In this document: positions 1 through 13,800 of the stretch, piece by piece | Layout: each line of letters opens with the position of its first letter | How positions within the stretch are numbered: the first letter of the stretch is position 1 | Assembly: GCA_032718475.1 (NCBI GenBank) | Contig: JAUCBJ010001327.1 | Location: 1 to 64,000, forward strand | From: Nemertoderma westbladi | Lineage: Eukaryota > Animalia > Xenacoelomorpha | DNA: 64,000 bases | Direction: 5' to 3' | Position numbers and translations under genes: made by a program | The notes under the pieces: generated by a model | The model's input: the letters and a program-made list of their open reading frames with translations, nothing else | The model's database searches: none | What the model was told of the DNA's origin: nothing

Positions 1-1231
1 GAACACCCGACCAATAAACACTGTCATCGGTGTATAAGTTTAGAGGTCCGAGTCGGAACGACTCGGACTCATCGCAATTCCTGGCCCCGATTTCGTCTTA
101 CCCCCCACTCGGGGATTTCGTCCTTCCCCCATTCGAGCTGGGACGGTGGACGAGAATGCCTTTCTCTGACAGACAGACAGTGCAAGTGTGGGGGCGTACA
201 GTCTGAGAGCCTTGTAGTCGAGAGTTGTCCGGAACTTGACAGTTTACATTCCAACCATTCCGAGATTAAGTTATTATCTGTCTGATTTGGCTGACTCGGA
301 TTTTTCAATGGAGTTCGTTAATGGTATTCTGGATATTTTAAAGTTCCGAAAGTGGTTGATATTCCTTAAACAAACTACTTCCTTCCGATTTTGCGATTTT
401 TTGTTCTTTTATTGGGAATATTGTATAATATTTGCAATTTTTGTTTTTACAGGTGACCGTTAGTATATATTATATTTCTTGCCTATAATACATGTGATTC
501 CAACATTATATCAATATGTACTGAATCGGGATTTCTTATGCGTTAATATAGTAGCTTAATTTACCATAATGTCGTATTAATATATCCTGACACCCTCACC
601 CTAGTTAAGTTTGCTGGTTTGTTAGTTTAATCGGCAGCTGTTGTAAATGTCCCAGATTTAAAAAACCAACTAAGCCTTTACATTACAATTGAACTTAGCT
701 GAACTTAACTGAAAAAAAAAACAATTAAAAAATATTTGCATTTACAATTTTCCAATCTTCTCTGCGAGAGCGACCGATGCCATAAGTGTTTCAAACATCA
801 ATATAACTCAGTAATAACTGCCTTAAACAGAAACAGAATAACAAATTTCCGCAGTAATATGCCATCTCTCTCGCTAATGCTCCCAACCCCTCCTATTTAT
901 AATAATTGCAGATAGGGGGAAAAACTGGACGCAATAAAAATTCATCCCTCTCCAGGGGAAATTCGACGCAAATAACAGCTAATTACTCTCAAAAATAAAA
1001 CGGTAACCTGTTCTATTGTGTTTAGATTATTGTTTGGGTTAAAATAACGTGCCAATGTAACCTTTCCTTTCCCTTGCTCCTTTCCCTAAATTGAGAATTT
1101 AACATTGAGGCGGGATATCAATTTGCCAAGGCGGGTTTTGCGTCCAGTCCCCCCCCCCCCCCCCCCCCCTGTCTCAATAATTGTACCATTTTCAATATAT
1201 GCATGTGTTTTTACATATGTGTATGTATGCG

Positions 1232-2720
1232 AACTCCAAAGAAGCATTAAAAGTATGTCCAATAATAAAGCGAGTGGATTAGATGAAATCCCAGCGGAGG
1301 TATGGAAAACCGGAGTGCTAAACAGACCATTATTGAATGTTTGCAACCGGATGTTAAAAGGGGAAAAGCCACCACCAATTTGGACTAAAGGTCAACTAAA
1401 GCCTCTCCCCAAGAAAGGAGACCTCGGCATACCAACAAACTATCGTGGGATCTGTCTGCTTGTGGTAGCTGCCAAAATATACAATAAAATGATTCTATAT
1501 AGGAATAGGCCTCACATAGAGAAACTACTGCGTAAGAGCCAAAACGGATTTCGACCAAGTAGATCAACAATAGCTCAGATACTTGCACTACGGAGACTGA
1601 TTGAAGGAATTAAGTCAACGAATCTCCCCGCAGTCATGACTTTTGTGAACTTGAAGAAGGCATTCGACTCCATCCATAGAGGTAAAATGCTTGAAATCCT
1701 AAGAGCTTATGGAATACCAGAAGTAATTGTTGCTGGCATTGGATTGTTATATTGTGACACAGAAGCGCAGGTACTCTCACCAGATGGTGAAAATGAGTTT
1801 TTCTCAATCCTGGCTGGCGTACTGCAAGGTGACAACACATTAGCACCATTACTATTTGTAATTGTGCTGGATTACGCAATGAGGACGGCCACAAAGGGTG
1901 AAGATCTAGGATTTACACTTCAAGAACACAGAAGTAGTAGATATCCGGCAACTACAGTCACAGACACCGACTTTGCGGATGACATCGCCCTGCTCTCTAA
2001 TACTCTAGCAGATGCACAGCTTCTACTAAATAAAGTGGAGAGGGCTGCGAAGGAGGTTGGATTGCATATAAATGCTACAAAGACCGAAATCATGACCTTT
2101 AATGTTGATGGAAACTTGACAACCATTGATAATAATCAACTAAGGAAGGTCGACGACTTCCAATACCTTGGATCATGGATAGAGAGTAGCAAAAAGGACA
2201 TAGAAGTTAGGAAAGCAAAGGCTTGGGCAGCTCTATCAAAAATGGATACCATCTAGTAATCAGATCTCTCCAGGCACCTGAAGACTAAGTTCTTTCGAGC
2301 CACAGTGGAAAGTGTATTTTTATACGGGGGTGAGACCTGGACACTGACTAAATCACTTGAACAACGAATTGATGGTTGCTACACAAGACTACTAAGGGCA
2401 GCCCTAAACATCAGCTGGAGACAACACATGACAAACGCCGAGCTTTATGGTACAATACCACCTGTATCAACCACCCTCCGTGAACGCAGATTAAGTTTCA
2501 GTGGGCACTGCTGGCGAAGTAAAGACGAGGTCATACCAGATCTACTTCTCTGGCAATCAACTCATGGAAAGCGTAGTCGTGGACGACCGGCCATAACATT
2601 TATAGATCAACTTGAAAGGGATACTGAACTTGGGAGAAACGAAATTGCGACAACTATGGAGAATCGGGAAGCCTGGAAGGATCTCATTTCCACTGTTCGA
2701 GTTCGACCTAGTAGTAGTAG
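1232..2720 (+). pseudogene. RTE reverse transcriptase ORF, disrupted and lacking the endonuclease domain
   Basis: ORFs 1105-2256 and 2305-2913 are in the same frame, separated by TAG TAA at 2254-2259. The RT homology starts at the insertion boundary. Confidence 0.88.
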
Positions 2721-2791
2721 TTGGAGAATCGGGAAGCCTGGAAGGATCTCATTTCCACTGTCCGAGTTCGCTCGACCTAGTAGTAGTAGTA
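1232..2791 (+). mobile_element. 5'-truncated RTE-clade non-LTR retrotransposon (LINE), in the intron following the GPCR exon
   Basis: RT motifs KASGLDEIP, NYRGICLL, QNGFRPSRS, KKAFDSI, GVLQGD, DFADDIAL, FQYLGS and the RTE-type C-terminus RERRLSFSGHCWR. Ends in an (AGT)n tail. Flanked by the 11-bp direct repeat GTATGTATGCG at 1221-1231 and 2792-2802. Confidence 0.9.
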
Positions 2792-3001
2792 GTATGTATG
2801 CGTACAAACGTGTATGTATGCCAAATTCGTTACCAATCCACATATGGCTAAAACACATTCGCACATCCCGGCAAGGTACCGGGGTAACTACTGATAACTA
2901 CAGCAATAGGTAACTTGAGGAGCTATAGTACAGTAGATGGTGTTTTTCCCTAATAATTATTAATAATAAACATACTAACAACTGATATTGATTCGACTTA
3001 C

Positions 3002-3236
3002 CTATAGATAATGGCATAACCAGACAGGCGACAGTAATATCGGCTACACTCAGACTTATCAGCAAGTAATTCTGCACCTGTTGCAACGGTCTTTGTGTTC
3101 TTATGGCAATGATCACGAGAATGTTTCCGAAAAGTGTTGAAATTATCACCAGAATGAACATTATGGACATGAGAACTTTGAAAGAAATACTTAGTTCTAT
3201 TGGCAAAGTCTCTAGAACAGAAGTAGAGTTTTCCAT
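3002..3236 (-). CDS. First coding exon (N-terminus, TM1, TM2) of a class A biogenic-amine GPCR (5-HT/octopamine/tyramine/adrenergic-like)
   Basis: MENSTS...TLFGNILVIIAI (TM1 GNxLV), NYLLISLSVADITVACLVMPLSI (TM2 LxxAD...MP). N-glycosylation sequon NST. Homology ends at the splice donor AG|GTAAGT at 3002/3001. In-frame stop upstream at 3312-3314. Confidence 0.88.
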
Positions 3237-4093
3237 TACAATATTGATTGATATGACTGATTCCTTGTGTTCGATATTATGCAAATGATGTTGATGATTG
3301 TGAATCAAATATTATCACCAAACTATAATGTTCAATTCATGAGACTTTGGACTAACACAATTAAGTAATAAATGTAACTGAATTGAATTTACAATAATAA
3401 ATTTATTAACGAAAAAATAAATATACAAGGCCTAACCTATTCCTTGGGTAGTCCTACAACACAATACTCTTTCAAATATAATTATTTAGATACTACATAT
3501 AAATAAAATATGCATACTAAAAAAATTTTTAATAATTTTTCATTTAAAATGCGGAAGAATTACAAAACACAAAAAATTTCAAAATTATACCAATTCATTT
3601 AACCAGCAAATAATGTGGTAGTTGCCGTTGGCTTGTGAACTAAAATTCAAACATACAATATTAAAAATAGTTTATACCTTCATATTATTTACAATGAATT
3701 TTACATGACAGGCTGTAATGATATTCAAGGGCTTTGATCGCAGTGCACGTAATAATCTAAACTCATTCATGTAGGTCACTGCATATCATTATTGAGTACA
3801 ATACGCATGTATTTTGCAATGACGGTTAATAAAATTAATTACGCAAAAAATAAAGTTTTCAATAAAGGTAGGGATTATAATATACAGTTATACTCCCATG
3901 TACCACAGGAGAAATTATTTTAATGAAAAAAACAGTATCAATTTACCCAAATGTGACATTGTTTCGGAGCTGACGGCATACTCTAAAACTGTACGCCATT
4001 CTATATGTAAATTATTACTAGTTTATGATGTAAATATAATGGTTATGTTCGGAAATGGAAAAAATGAGAAAGCGCGTCACCGGGGTTTGAACC

Positions 4094-4140
4094 AGCGCTA
4101 TACGTACGTTTCGGCCTTATCAGGCCTCGTCAGTAGCGCT
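4094..4140 (-). ncRNA. Minimal type I hammerhead ribozyme (Penelope-like element type)
   Basis: Minus strand reads AGCGCTA-CTGACGA-GGCCT-GATA-AGGCC-GAA-AC-GTAC-GT-A-TAGCGCT. This gives a 7-bp stem I, an intact CUGANGA/GAAA core, stem II, a short palindromic stem III (ACGUACGU) and a GUA cleavage triplet. Confidence 0.85.
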
Positions 4141-4186
4141 AACCAGTTCGGGCACTTGCCCCTGCCCTGACAATATTGAACTGGTT

Positions 4187-4240
4187 GGCGCTACTGATGA
4201 GGCCTGACACCTGATAGACCGAAACTTAGATATTCTGCTG
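4187..4240 (+). ncRNA. Degenerate second hammerhead motif, inverted copy of 4094-4140
   Basis: GGCGCTA-CTGATGA-GGCCTGACACCTGATAGACC-GAAAC. The core is retained but stems II, III and I are damaged. Confidence 0.55.
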
Positions 4241-6069
4241 TTTCAACCCCCGCCCGATGACGTGATTCCTCATTTTTTTCGATTTCTGAACAAAACCATT
4301 ACATTATTAATTACAGTATTATTAACCCATACCTTTGTTTTCATAACTTTTGTCTTTTCTGCTGCAACTGCTCTATATCCATGACACAAGGTACTGAAAG
4401 TTATCAACGTTTTATAGTTGAATATTAATGATAGATGATGGCCCGGCTCCCATTAATATTAAAATATATGAATTCGGTATTGGTAGCCATTGGTTACATA
4501 TATGAAATACATATGCTTTAGCCCGCATATTAGAAAACAGGGCGAAGTCATAGCAAAGCTCGATATCTGCAGTTTCTACGTTCTTGTAGTGTGAATAAAC
4601 CAAAGATCGTTAGCAGTAATGTCGGTCCTCATTGCAAAATAAAATGCAATTATGAATAAATATTCTTCTATAACCTATGTAACTAGTACTCCTCTCCTTT
4701 GATTAGAGACAGATGAGAGCTTAGAAACATTTTAAATTCCACATAATAGGATTTTCAGCAATGGGGGGAGATAGTGTCTCGTCTGCATTCAAGGGGAGGG
4801 GGGGGAATTGACGCTTGCAAAAGAAGCCCTCCGCTTCCCCACAAGCCCTCAGCTTCCCCAGCATATTGCTTTCACCGTGAGGAGAGACTGTGCACAATCT
4901 GTGCTTTGTCAGTCTCGTACGGTAGTCAAAGTGAAGAGAAGCACACTGGCCTTAGAGATTCGGATGAACCCGAGAACGACATGGGTGCTTGCTTTTATAA
5001 AAAATAAAGCTTTTATATAACTGCTGGAGCGTACCATGCAGAATTATTGATTTCATTATGAAGGTAAATCATAATATTTAGTTATAAGTAAGACGATTTA
5101 ATAATAGGAAATTAAGTGAATCAAATATGTGACTAATGAGATTCTGGTTGTGGTTGCTAATCAATACTCAATACAAACCAGTAACTGAACCAATCGCCTA
5201 TCTGGCTAATTATTGAGCTAAGTAAAATATAAACACAGATGGTAAAGCGAAACAATATAAATATCAACAATTATTCGAATGTAACTATGGAAGCTGGAGT
5301 TTCCAGCTATTAAACGTTGCGTTCAAATTATAGGGTGCTCTCGTGCATTCCACAATCCACATGGCACATTTTAGACGAGTAGACGTAGACGAGTATTATG
5401 ATAAATAGTAGACTGTGGGCCTGAATGCCTTAGTCCTTATATAATAATGAATTTTATGGTAGGTGCATTTTGTTCGTATTATCACTGTAGTTTCCAGTAT
5501 GGCGTCATATGAATGTGGACACTTTTGTATGTGTAAGTAGTAGTAATTAATTAATTACAAAGAACATGAATGCTAATAATTGAGATGGGGATATGGGTCA
5601 GTATATTTTTTCTTTTTTTGTATTTTTTATTTATTTAAATTGTACTTTTTATTTAAATTTTATTTGTTATTTAAATATATTTTTTTTATTTATTAATATT
5701 TCTATTTTCATTTTATTTAATAGTATTTATATATATATTTTTTGAATTTAAATTAATTTTATAATCTCTATTTTAGTTTCAAAGTAGATTTGCTTTATGC
5801 TTAATGAAATTATGCAGTATCAATTGTTTTACAGCACTATTCAAATTTCAATTAAATTTTAATCCGGGATTTTAATCCTTTAATCAAAAGTCAACTTAAA
5901 ATGTTTAAGGTTGATCAGCATTTATTCGTGAATGTGGGTGATATGATAAAGTGAAACACAGATGGATACAGTATAAGTCTAACTAGAGTATGGACACGGA
6001 CAGTATGCCTAATGTCGCAAAGTGGATACTTTATTTGTGGAATTTTTACCAGCTTCAAGACAAGGAATC

Positions 6070-7650
6070 GTGAAAACCTTTTTTTTAATTTATTTGCTAG
6101 GGCAGTTTTAGATGCTGAGTTTTTAAGTTCTATGGGTTAAATCATTCCAAATTTTAGGTCCTGTATATTTTATAGATTTTTGGAAAAGTTGTTAGCGGAC
6201 ACGAGGGACAAAGAACTTTTGTGTAGAAGAAGAGCGCGTGGAATATTTGTGTATTGTTTGGACGGAATATTCTTTGAAAGGTTTCAGTTTTCTTATGTTT
6301 GTTAATGTCGTACATAAATTTAGCTACTTCTAGGTCAAATAATTTTTCTAGTAGGAGGATTTGTAGAAATTTATAAATAGGTGCTGCATGCGCTACGTAA
6401 TGGCTAAAAGTTATTGCTCTGATTATCTTATTTATTTTTCTTATATTTTCCATGTGTTATAGTTGTAGCTATTTCCCCACATTAAAATTCCGTACAGTAT
6501 GTGAGGGTGAACTAGTGCAAAGTACAGGGTTCTCATAATGTGTAGAGGTAAAATGTGTCGCAATTTAAAGAAAATACCAGATAATTTGGATATTTTTGAG
6601 AGTATGTATTCACAATGAGTCGACCAGTTAATTTTATTATCAATATATATACCTAAGTACTTAGTGGCGGTAGCTTCCGTAAGATTAGTGGATCGTATAG
6701 TGATGTTGGGTGTTATATAGTTCCTAGAGTTGTTAAAGATTATATATTCAATTTTTTTAAGGTTTAAGGATCATTTATTGTCAATGAGACAATTGTCTAG
6801 TTTAGAGAGTTCCGAGAGAGTTTAGAGTAACAATCTAATTTTTTCAGTAGTATGTCATGTGGTAGGGTGTCGAAGGCTTTCTTTAAGTCTACTGATATTA
6901 AACATGCAGAGCTACCGTTGTCGAGTGTTTCCTGTAGTTGTTCCGTAACAGTAAGAATAGCGTCCGTTGTCGTTATGGGTTTACGAAATCCGTGTTGACA
7001 TGGTGATAACAGGTCGTATTTGTTTAAGAAAGTCAGTAATTGGGAATTGACTACACGTTCATATATCTTTGTGAATAAGGGTAATATTGATATCGGGCGG
7101 TAATTGTTTTTATCGGTTGGATCTCGGGATTTGAAAACTAGGATTATTTTAGCCTTTTTTAGAGCATCTGGGTAGAATCCATTTTTAATTGAAAGGTTAA
7201 TGAGATAAGTTAGGTGAGAGGCAAGGCTGTGGGCTGCTAATTTGACCAATAAGACAGGAAAATCCTCATAAGTTGAGACATTTTTGTCGTTATCTAACAA
7301 AAAATATATTATTTCAGTTTCACTGGGTTCTATGAGTGTGAAAGAATTAAATTTATTATTTTTTACATAACGAGTTGGTTACCTTTGTGATTCTTTACTC
7401 ACTAATTGAGGTCCAATTGATGCAAAGTGTTTATTTAATATATTAGCAATAATAGATTTATCTGTTCAGTTGTAGTTGAATCTAGTGAATCTATCTTGAT
7501 TTTCATGGGGGACGATAATTTTTTGGATCTATGTAGTGCCGTATTTATTGTTTTCCATGTTTTTATGCTATTGTTTTGATTTTTCAGAAACTCATTTTCG
7601 TAATAACTTTTCTGGGCATTACGCATAATTTTTGTGAGTGTTTTGGTAGG
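6070..7650 (-). mobile_element. Degraded CR1/L2-group LINE ORF2 fragment
   Basis: NNYRPISILPLFTKIYE, QHGFRK, DLKKAFDT (6797-7300), KTWKTIN (7435-7626) and C-terminal IIRAITFS...LEVAKFMY (6154-6453). The central RT part with YADD appears deleted near 6790. Ends are approximate. Confidence 0.85.
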
Positions 7651-7812
7651 TTTTACATTCTGAAAGATTTGTATCCGACGGGTGTATCAAAGGTAAATTT
7701 TAATGAAGCTTCCATATTAACAATCACAGATTTCCCTTAATTCAGGTGATTTTCTGAGGTAAATCCGAAGCGTCTCAGGACCTTATCTCCATTAGAAATT
7801 GCAATTTGGTTG

Positions 7813-10800
7813 GGAACTTATCGCCCCCCTGTACTGAGTTTATAGGAACTTATCGGCCCCCTGTACTGAGTTTATAGGAACTTATCGCCCCCCTGTACTG
7901 AGTTTATAGGAACTTATCGCCCCCCTGTACTGAGTTTATAGGAACTTATCGCCCCCCTGTACTGAGTTTATAGGAACTTATCGCCCCCCTGTACTGAGTT
8001 TATAGGAACTTATCGCCCCCCTGTACTGAGTTTATAGGAACTTATCGGCCCCCTGTACTGAGTTTATAGGAACTTATCGCCCCCCTGTACTGAGTTTATA
8101 GGAACTTATCGCCCCCCTGTACTGAGTTTATAGGAACTTATCGCCCCCCTGTACTGAGTTTATAGGAACTTATCGCCCCCCTGTACTGAGTTTTTAGGAA
8201 CTTATCGCCCCCCTGTACTGAGTTTTTAGGAACTTATCGCCCCCTGTACTGAGTTTATAGGAACTTATCGCCCCCCTGTACTGAGTTTATAGGAACTTAT
8301 CGGCCCCCTGTACTGAGTTTATAGGAACTTATCGCCCCCCTGTACTGAGTTTATAGGAACTTATCGCCCCCCTGTACTGAGTTTATAGGAACTTATCGCC
8401 CCCCTGTACTGAGTTTATAGGAACTTATCGCCCCCCTGTACTGAGTTTATAGGAACTTATCGCCCCCCTGTACTGAGTTTATAGGAACTTATCGCCCCCC
8501 TGTACTGAGTTTATAGGAACTTATCGGCCCCCTGTACTGAGTTTATAGGAACTTATCGCCCCCCTGTACTGAGTTTATAGGAACTTATCGCCCCCTGTAC
8601 TGAGTTTATAGGAACTTATCGGCCCCCTGTACTGAGTTTATAGGAACTTATCGCCCCCCTGTACTGAGTTTATAGGAACTTATCGCCCCCCTGTACTGAG
8701 TTTTTAGGAACTTATCGGCCCCCTGTACTGAGTTTATAGGAACTTATCGCCCCCTGTACTGAGTTTATAGGAACTTATCGGCCCCCTGTACTGAGTTTAT
8801 AGGAACTTATCGCCCCCTGTACTGAGTTTATAGGAACTTATCGGCCCCCTGTACTGAGTTTATAGGAACTTATCGCCCCCTGTACTGAGTTTATAGGAAC
8901 TTATCGGCCCCCTGTACTGAGTTTATAGGAACTTATCGCCCCCCTGTACTGAGTTTATAGGAACTTATCGCCCCCCTGTACTGAGTTTTTAGGAACTTAT
9001 CGCCCCCCTGTACTGAGTTTATAGGAACTTATCGCCCCCCTGTACTGAGTTTATAGGAACTTATCGCCCCCCTGTACTGAGTTTATAGGAACTTATCGCC
9101 CCCCTGTACTGAGTTTATAGGAACTTATCGCCCCCCTGTACTGAGTTTATAGGAACTTATCGCCCCCCTGTACTGAGTTTATAGGAACTTATCGCCCCCC
9201 TGTACTGAGTTTATAGGAACTTATCGGCCCCCTGTACTGAGTTTATAGGAACTTATCGCCCCCCTGTACTGAGTTTATAGGAACTTATCGCCCCCCTGTA
9301 CTGAGTTTATAGGAACTTATCGCCCCCCTGTACTGAGTTTATAGGAACTTATCGCCCCCCTGTACTGAGTTTATAGGAACTTATCGCCCCCTGTACTGAG
9401 TTTATAGGAACTTATCGCCCCCCTGTACTGAGTTTATAGGAACTTATCGCCCCCCTGTACTGAGTTTATAGGAACTTATCGCCCCCCTGTACTGAGTTTA
9501 TAGGAACTTATCGCCCCCCTGTACTGAGTTTATAGGAACTTATCGCCCCCCTGTACTGAGTTTATAGGAACTTATCGCCCCCCTGTACTGAGTTTATAGG
9601 AACTTATCGCCCCCCTGTACTGAGTTTATAGGAACTTATCGCCCCCCTGTACTGAGTTTATAGGAACTTATCGCCCCCCTGTACTGAGTTTATAGGAACT
9701 TATCGCCCCCCTGTACTGAGTTTATAGGAACTTATCGCCCCCCTGTACTGAGTTTATAGGAACTTATCGCCCCCCTGTACTGAGTTTATAGGAACTTATC
9801 GCCCCCCTGTACTGAGTTTATAGGAACTTATCGCCCCCCTGTACTGAGTTTATAGGAACTTATCGCCCCCCTGTACTGAGTTTATAGGAACTTATCGCCC
9901 CCCTGTACTGAGTTTATAGGAACTTATCGCCCCCCTGTACTGAGTTTATAGGAACTTATCGCCCCCCTGTACTGAGTTTATAGGAACTTATCGCCCCCCT
10001 GTACTGAGTTTATAGGAACTTATCGCCCCCTGTACTGAGTTTATAGGAACTTATCGCCCCCCTGTACTGAGTTTATAGGAACTTATCGCCCCCCTGTACT
10101 GAGTTTATAGGAACTTATCGCCCCCCTGTACTGAGTTTATAGGAACTTATCGCCCCCCTGTACTGAGTTTATAGGAACTTATCGCCCCCCTGTACTGAGT
10201 TTATAGGAACTTATCGCCCCCCTGTACTGAGTTTATAGGAACTTATCGCCCCCCTGTACTGAGTTTATAGGAACTTATCGCCCCCCTGTACTGAGTTTAT
10301 AGGAACTTATCGCCCCCCTGTACTGAGTTTATAGGAACTTATCGCCCCCCTGTACTGAGTTTATAGGAACTTATCGCCCCCCTGTACTGAGTTTATAGGA
10401 ACTTATCGCCCCCCTGTACTGAGTTTATAGGAACTTATCGCCCCCCTGTACTGAGTTTATAGGAACTTATCGCCCCCCTGTACTGAGTTTATAGGAACTT
10501 ATCGCCCCCCTGTACTGAGTTTATAGGAACTTATCGCCCCCCTGTACTGAGTTTATAGGAACTTATCGCCCCCCTGTACTGAGTTTATAGGAACTTATCG
10601 CCCCCCTGTACTGAGTTTATAGGAACTTATCGCCCCCCTGTACTGAGTTTATAGGAACTTATCGCCCCCCTGTACTGAGTTTATAGGAACTTATCGCCCC
10701 CCTGTACTGAGTTTATAGGAACTTATCGCCCCCCTGTACTGAGTTTATAGGAACTTATCGCCCCCCTGTACTGAGTTTATAGGAACTTATCGCCCCCCTG

Positions 10801-13800
10801 TACTGAGTTTATAGGAACTTATCGCCCCCCTGTACTGAGTTTATAGGAACTTATCGCCCCCCTGTACTGAGTTTATAGGAACTTATCGCCCCCCTGTACT
10901 GAGTTTATAGGAACTTATCGCCCCCCTGTACTGAGTTTATAGGAACTTATCGCCCCCCTGTACTGAGTTTATAGGAACTTATCGCCCCCCTGTACTGAGT
11001 TTATAGGAACTTATCGCCCCCCTGTACTGAGTTTATAGGAACTTATCGCCCCCCTGTACTGAGTTTATAGGAACTTATCGCCCCCCTGTACTGAGTTTAT
11101 AGGAACTTATCGCCCCCCTGTACTGAGTTTATAGGAACTTATCGCCCCCCTGTACTGAGTTTATAGGAACTTATCGCCCCCCTGTACTGAGTTTATAGGA
11201 ACTTATCGCCCCCCTGTACTGAGTTTATAGGAACTTATCGCCCCCCTGTACTGAGTTTATAGGAACTTATCGCCCCCCTGTACTGAGTTTATAGGAACTT
11301 ATCGCCCCCCTGTACTGAGTTTATAGGAACTTATCGCCCCCCTGTACTGAGTTTATAGGAACTTATCGCCCCCCTGTACTGAGTTTATAGGAACTTATCG
11401 CCCCCCTGTACTGAGTTTATAGGAACTTATCGCCCCCCTGTACTGAGTTTATAGGAACTTATCGCCCCCCTGTACTGAGTTTATAGGAACTTATCGCCCC
11501 CCTGTACTGAGTTTATAGGAACTTATCGCCCCCCTGTACTGAGTTTATAGGAACTTATCGCCCCCCTGTACTGAGTTTATAGGAACTTATCGCCCCCCTG
11601 TACTGAGTTTATAGGAACTTATCGCCCCCCTGTACTGAGTTTATAGGAACTTATCGCCCCCCTGTACTGAGTTTATAGGAACTTATCGCCCCCTGTACTG
11701 AGTTTATAGGAACTTATCGCCCCCCTGTACTGAGTTTATAGGAACTTATCGCCCCCCTGTACTGAGTTTATAGGAACTTATCGCCCCCCTGTACTGAGTT
11801 TATAGGAACTTATCGCCCCCCTGTACTGAGTTTATAGGAACTTATCGCCCCCCTGTACTGAGTTTATAGGAACTTATCGCCCCCCTGTACTGAGTTTATA
11901 GGAACTTATCGCCCCCCTGTACTGAGTTTATAGGAACTTATCGCCCCCCTGTACTGAGTTTATAGGAACTTATCGCCCCCCTGTACTGAGTTTATAGGAA
12001 CTTATCGCCCCCCTGTACTGAGTTTATAGGAACTTATCGCCCCCCTGTACTGAGTTTATAGGAACTTATCGCCCCCCTGTACTGAGTTTATAGGAACTTA
12101 TCGCCCCCCTGTACTGAGTTTATAGGAACTTATCGCCCCCCTGTACTGAGTTTATAGGAACTTATCGCCCCCCTGTACTGAGTTTATAGGAACTTATCGC
12201 CCCCCTGTACTGAGTTTATAGGAACTTATCGCCCCCCTGTACTGAGTTTATAGGAACTTATCGCCCCCCTGTACTGAGTTTATAGGAACTTATCGCCCCC
12301 CTGTACTGAGTTTATAGGAACTTATCGCCCCCCTGTACTGAGTTTATAGGAACTTATCGCCCCCCTGTACTGAGTTTATAGGAACTTATCGCCCCCCTGT
12401 ACTGAGTTTATAGGAACTTATCGCCCCCCTGTACTGAGTTTATAGGAACTTATCGCCCCCCTGTACTGAGTTTATAGGAACTTATCGCCCCCCTGTACTG
12501 AGTTTATAGGAACTTATCGCCCCCCTGTACTGAGTTTATAGGAACTTATCGCCCCCCTGTACTGAGTTTATAGGAACTTATCGCCCCCCTGTACTGAGTT
12601 TATAGGAACTTATCGCCCCCCTGTACTGAGTTTATAGGAACTTATCGCCCCCCTGTACTGAGTTTATAGGAACTTATCGCCCCCCTGTACTGAGTTTATA
12701 GGAACTTATCGCCCCCCTGTACTGAGTTTATAGGAACTTATCGCCCCCCTGTACTGAGTTTATAGGAACTTATCGCCCCCCTGTACTGAGTTTATAGGAA
12801 CTTATCGCCCCCCTGTACTGAGTTTATAGGAACTTATCGCCCCCCTGTACTGAGTTTATAGGAACTTATCGCCCCCCTGTACTGAGTTTATAGGAACTTA
12901 TCGCCCCCCTGTACTGAGTTTATAGGAACTTATCGCCCCCCTGTACTGAGTTTATAGGAACTTATCGCCCCCCTGTACTGAGTTTATAGGAACTTATCGC
13001 CCCCCTGTACTGAGTTTATAGGAACTTATCGCCCCCCTGTACTGAGTTTATAGGAACTTATCGCCCCCCTGTACTGAGTTTATAGGAACTTATCGCCCCC
13101 CTGTACTGAGTTTATAGGAACTTATCGCCCCCCTGTACTGAGTTTATAGGAACTTATCGCCCCCCTGTACTGAGTTTATAGGAACTTATCGCCCCCCTGT
13201 ACTGAGTTTATAGGAACTTATCGCCCCCCTGTACTGAGTTTATAGGAACTTATCGCCCCCCTGTACTGAGTTTATAGGAACTTATCGCCCCCCTGTACTG
13301 AGTTTATAGGAACTTATCGCCCCCCTGTACTGAGTTTATAGGAACTTATCGCCCCCCTGTACTGAGTTTATAGGAACTTATCGCCCCCCTGTACTGAGTT
13401 TATAGGAACTTATCGCCCCCCTGTACTGAGTTTATAGGAACTTATCGCCCCCCTGTACTGAGTTTATAGGAACTTATCGCCCCCCTGTACTGAGTTTATA
13501 GGAACTTATCGCCCCCCTGTACTGAGTTTATAGGAACTTATCGCCCCCCTGTACTGAGTTTATAGGAACTTATCGCCCCCCTGTACTGAGTTTATAGGAA
13601 CTTATCGCCCCCCTGTACTGAGTTTATAGGAACTTATCGCCCCCCTGTACTGAGTTTATAGGAACTTATCGCCCCCCTGTACTGAGTTTATAGGAACTTA
13701 TCGCCCCCCTGTACTGAGTTTATAGGAACTTATCGCCCCCCTGTACTGAGTTTATAGGAACTTATCGCCCCCCTGTACTGAGTTTATAGGAACTTATCGC

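Larger units (their letters stand above)
4035..4305. repeat. Imperfect ~270-bp palindrome, probable inverted Penelope pseudo-LTR remnant
   Basis: Arms at ~4035-4149 and ~4178-4305 are reverse complements, and each carries a hammerhead core. Confidence 0.7.

Noticed and set aside
1105-1231. Proline-rich N-terminus of the RT ORF
   Set aside because: It lies outside the TSD and derives from a flanking poly-C tract.
2898-3001. Hydrophobic ORF continuation as GPCR TM3
   Set aside because: It follows a consensus GTAAGT donor and lacks TM3/DRY motifs, so it is intronic.
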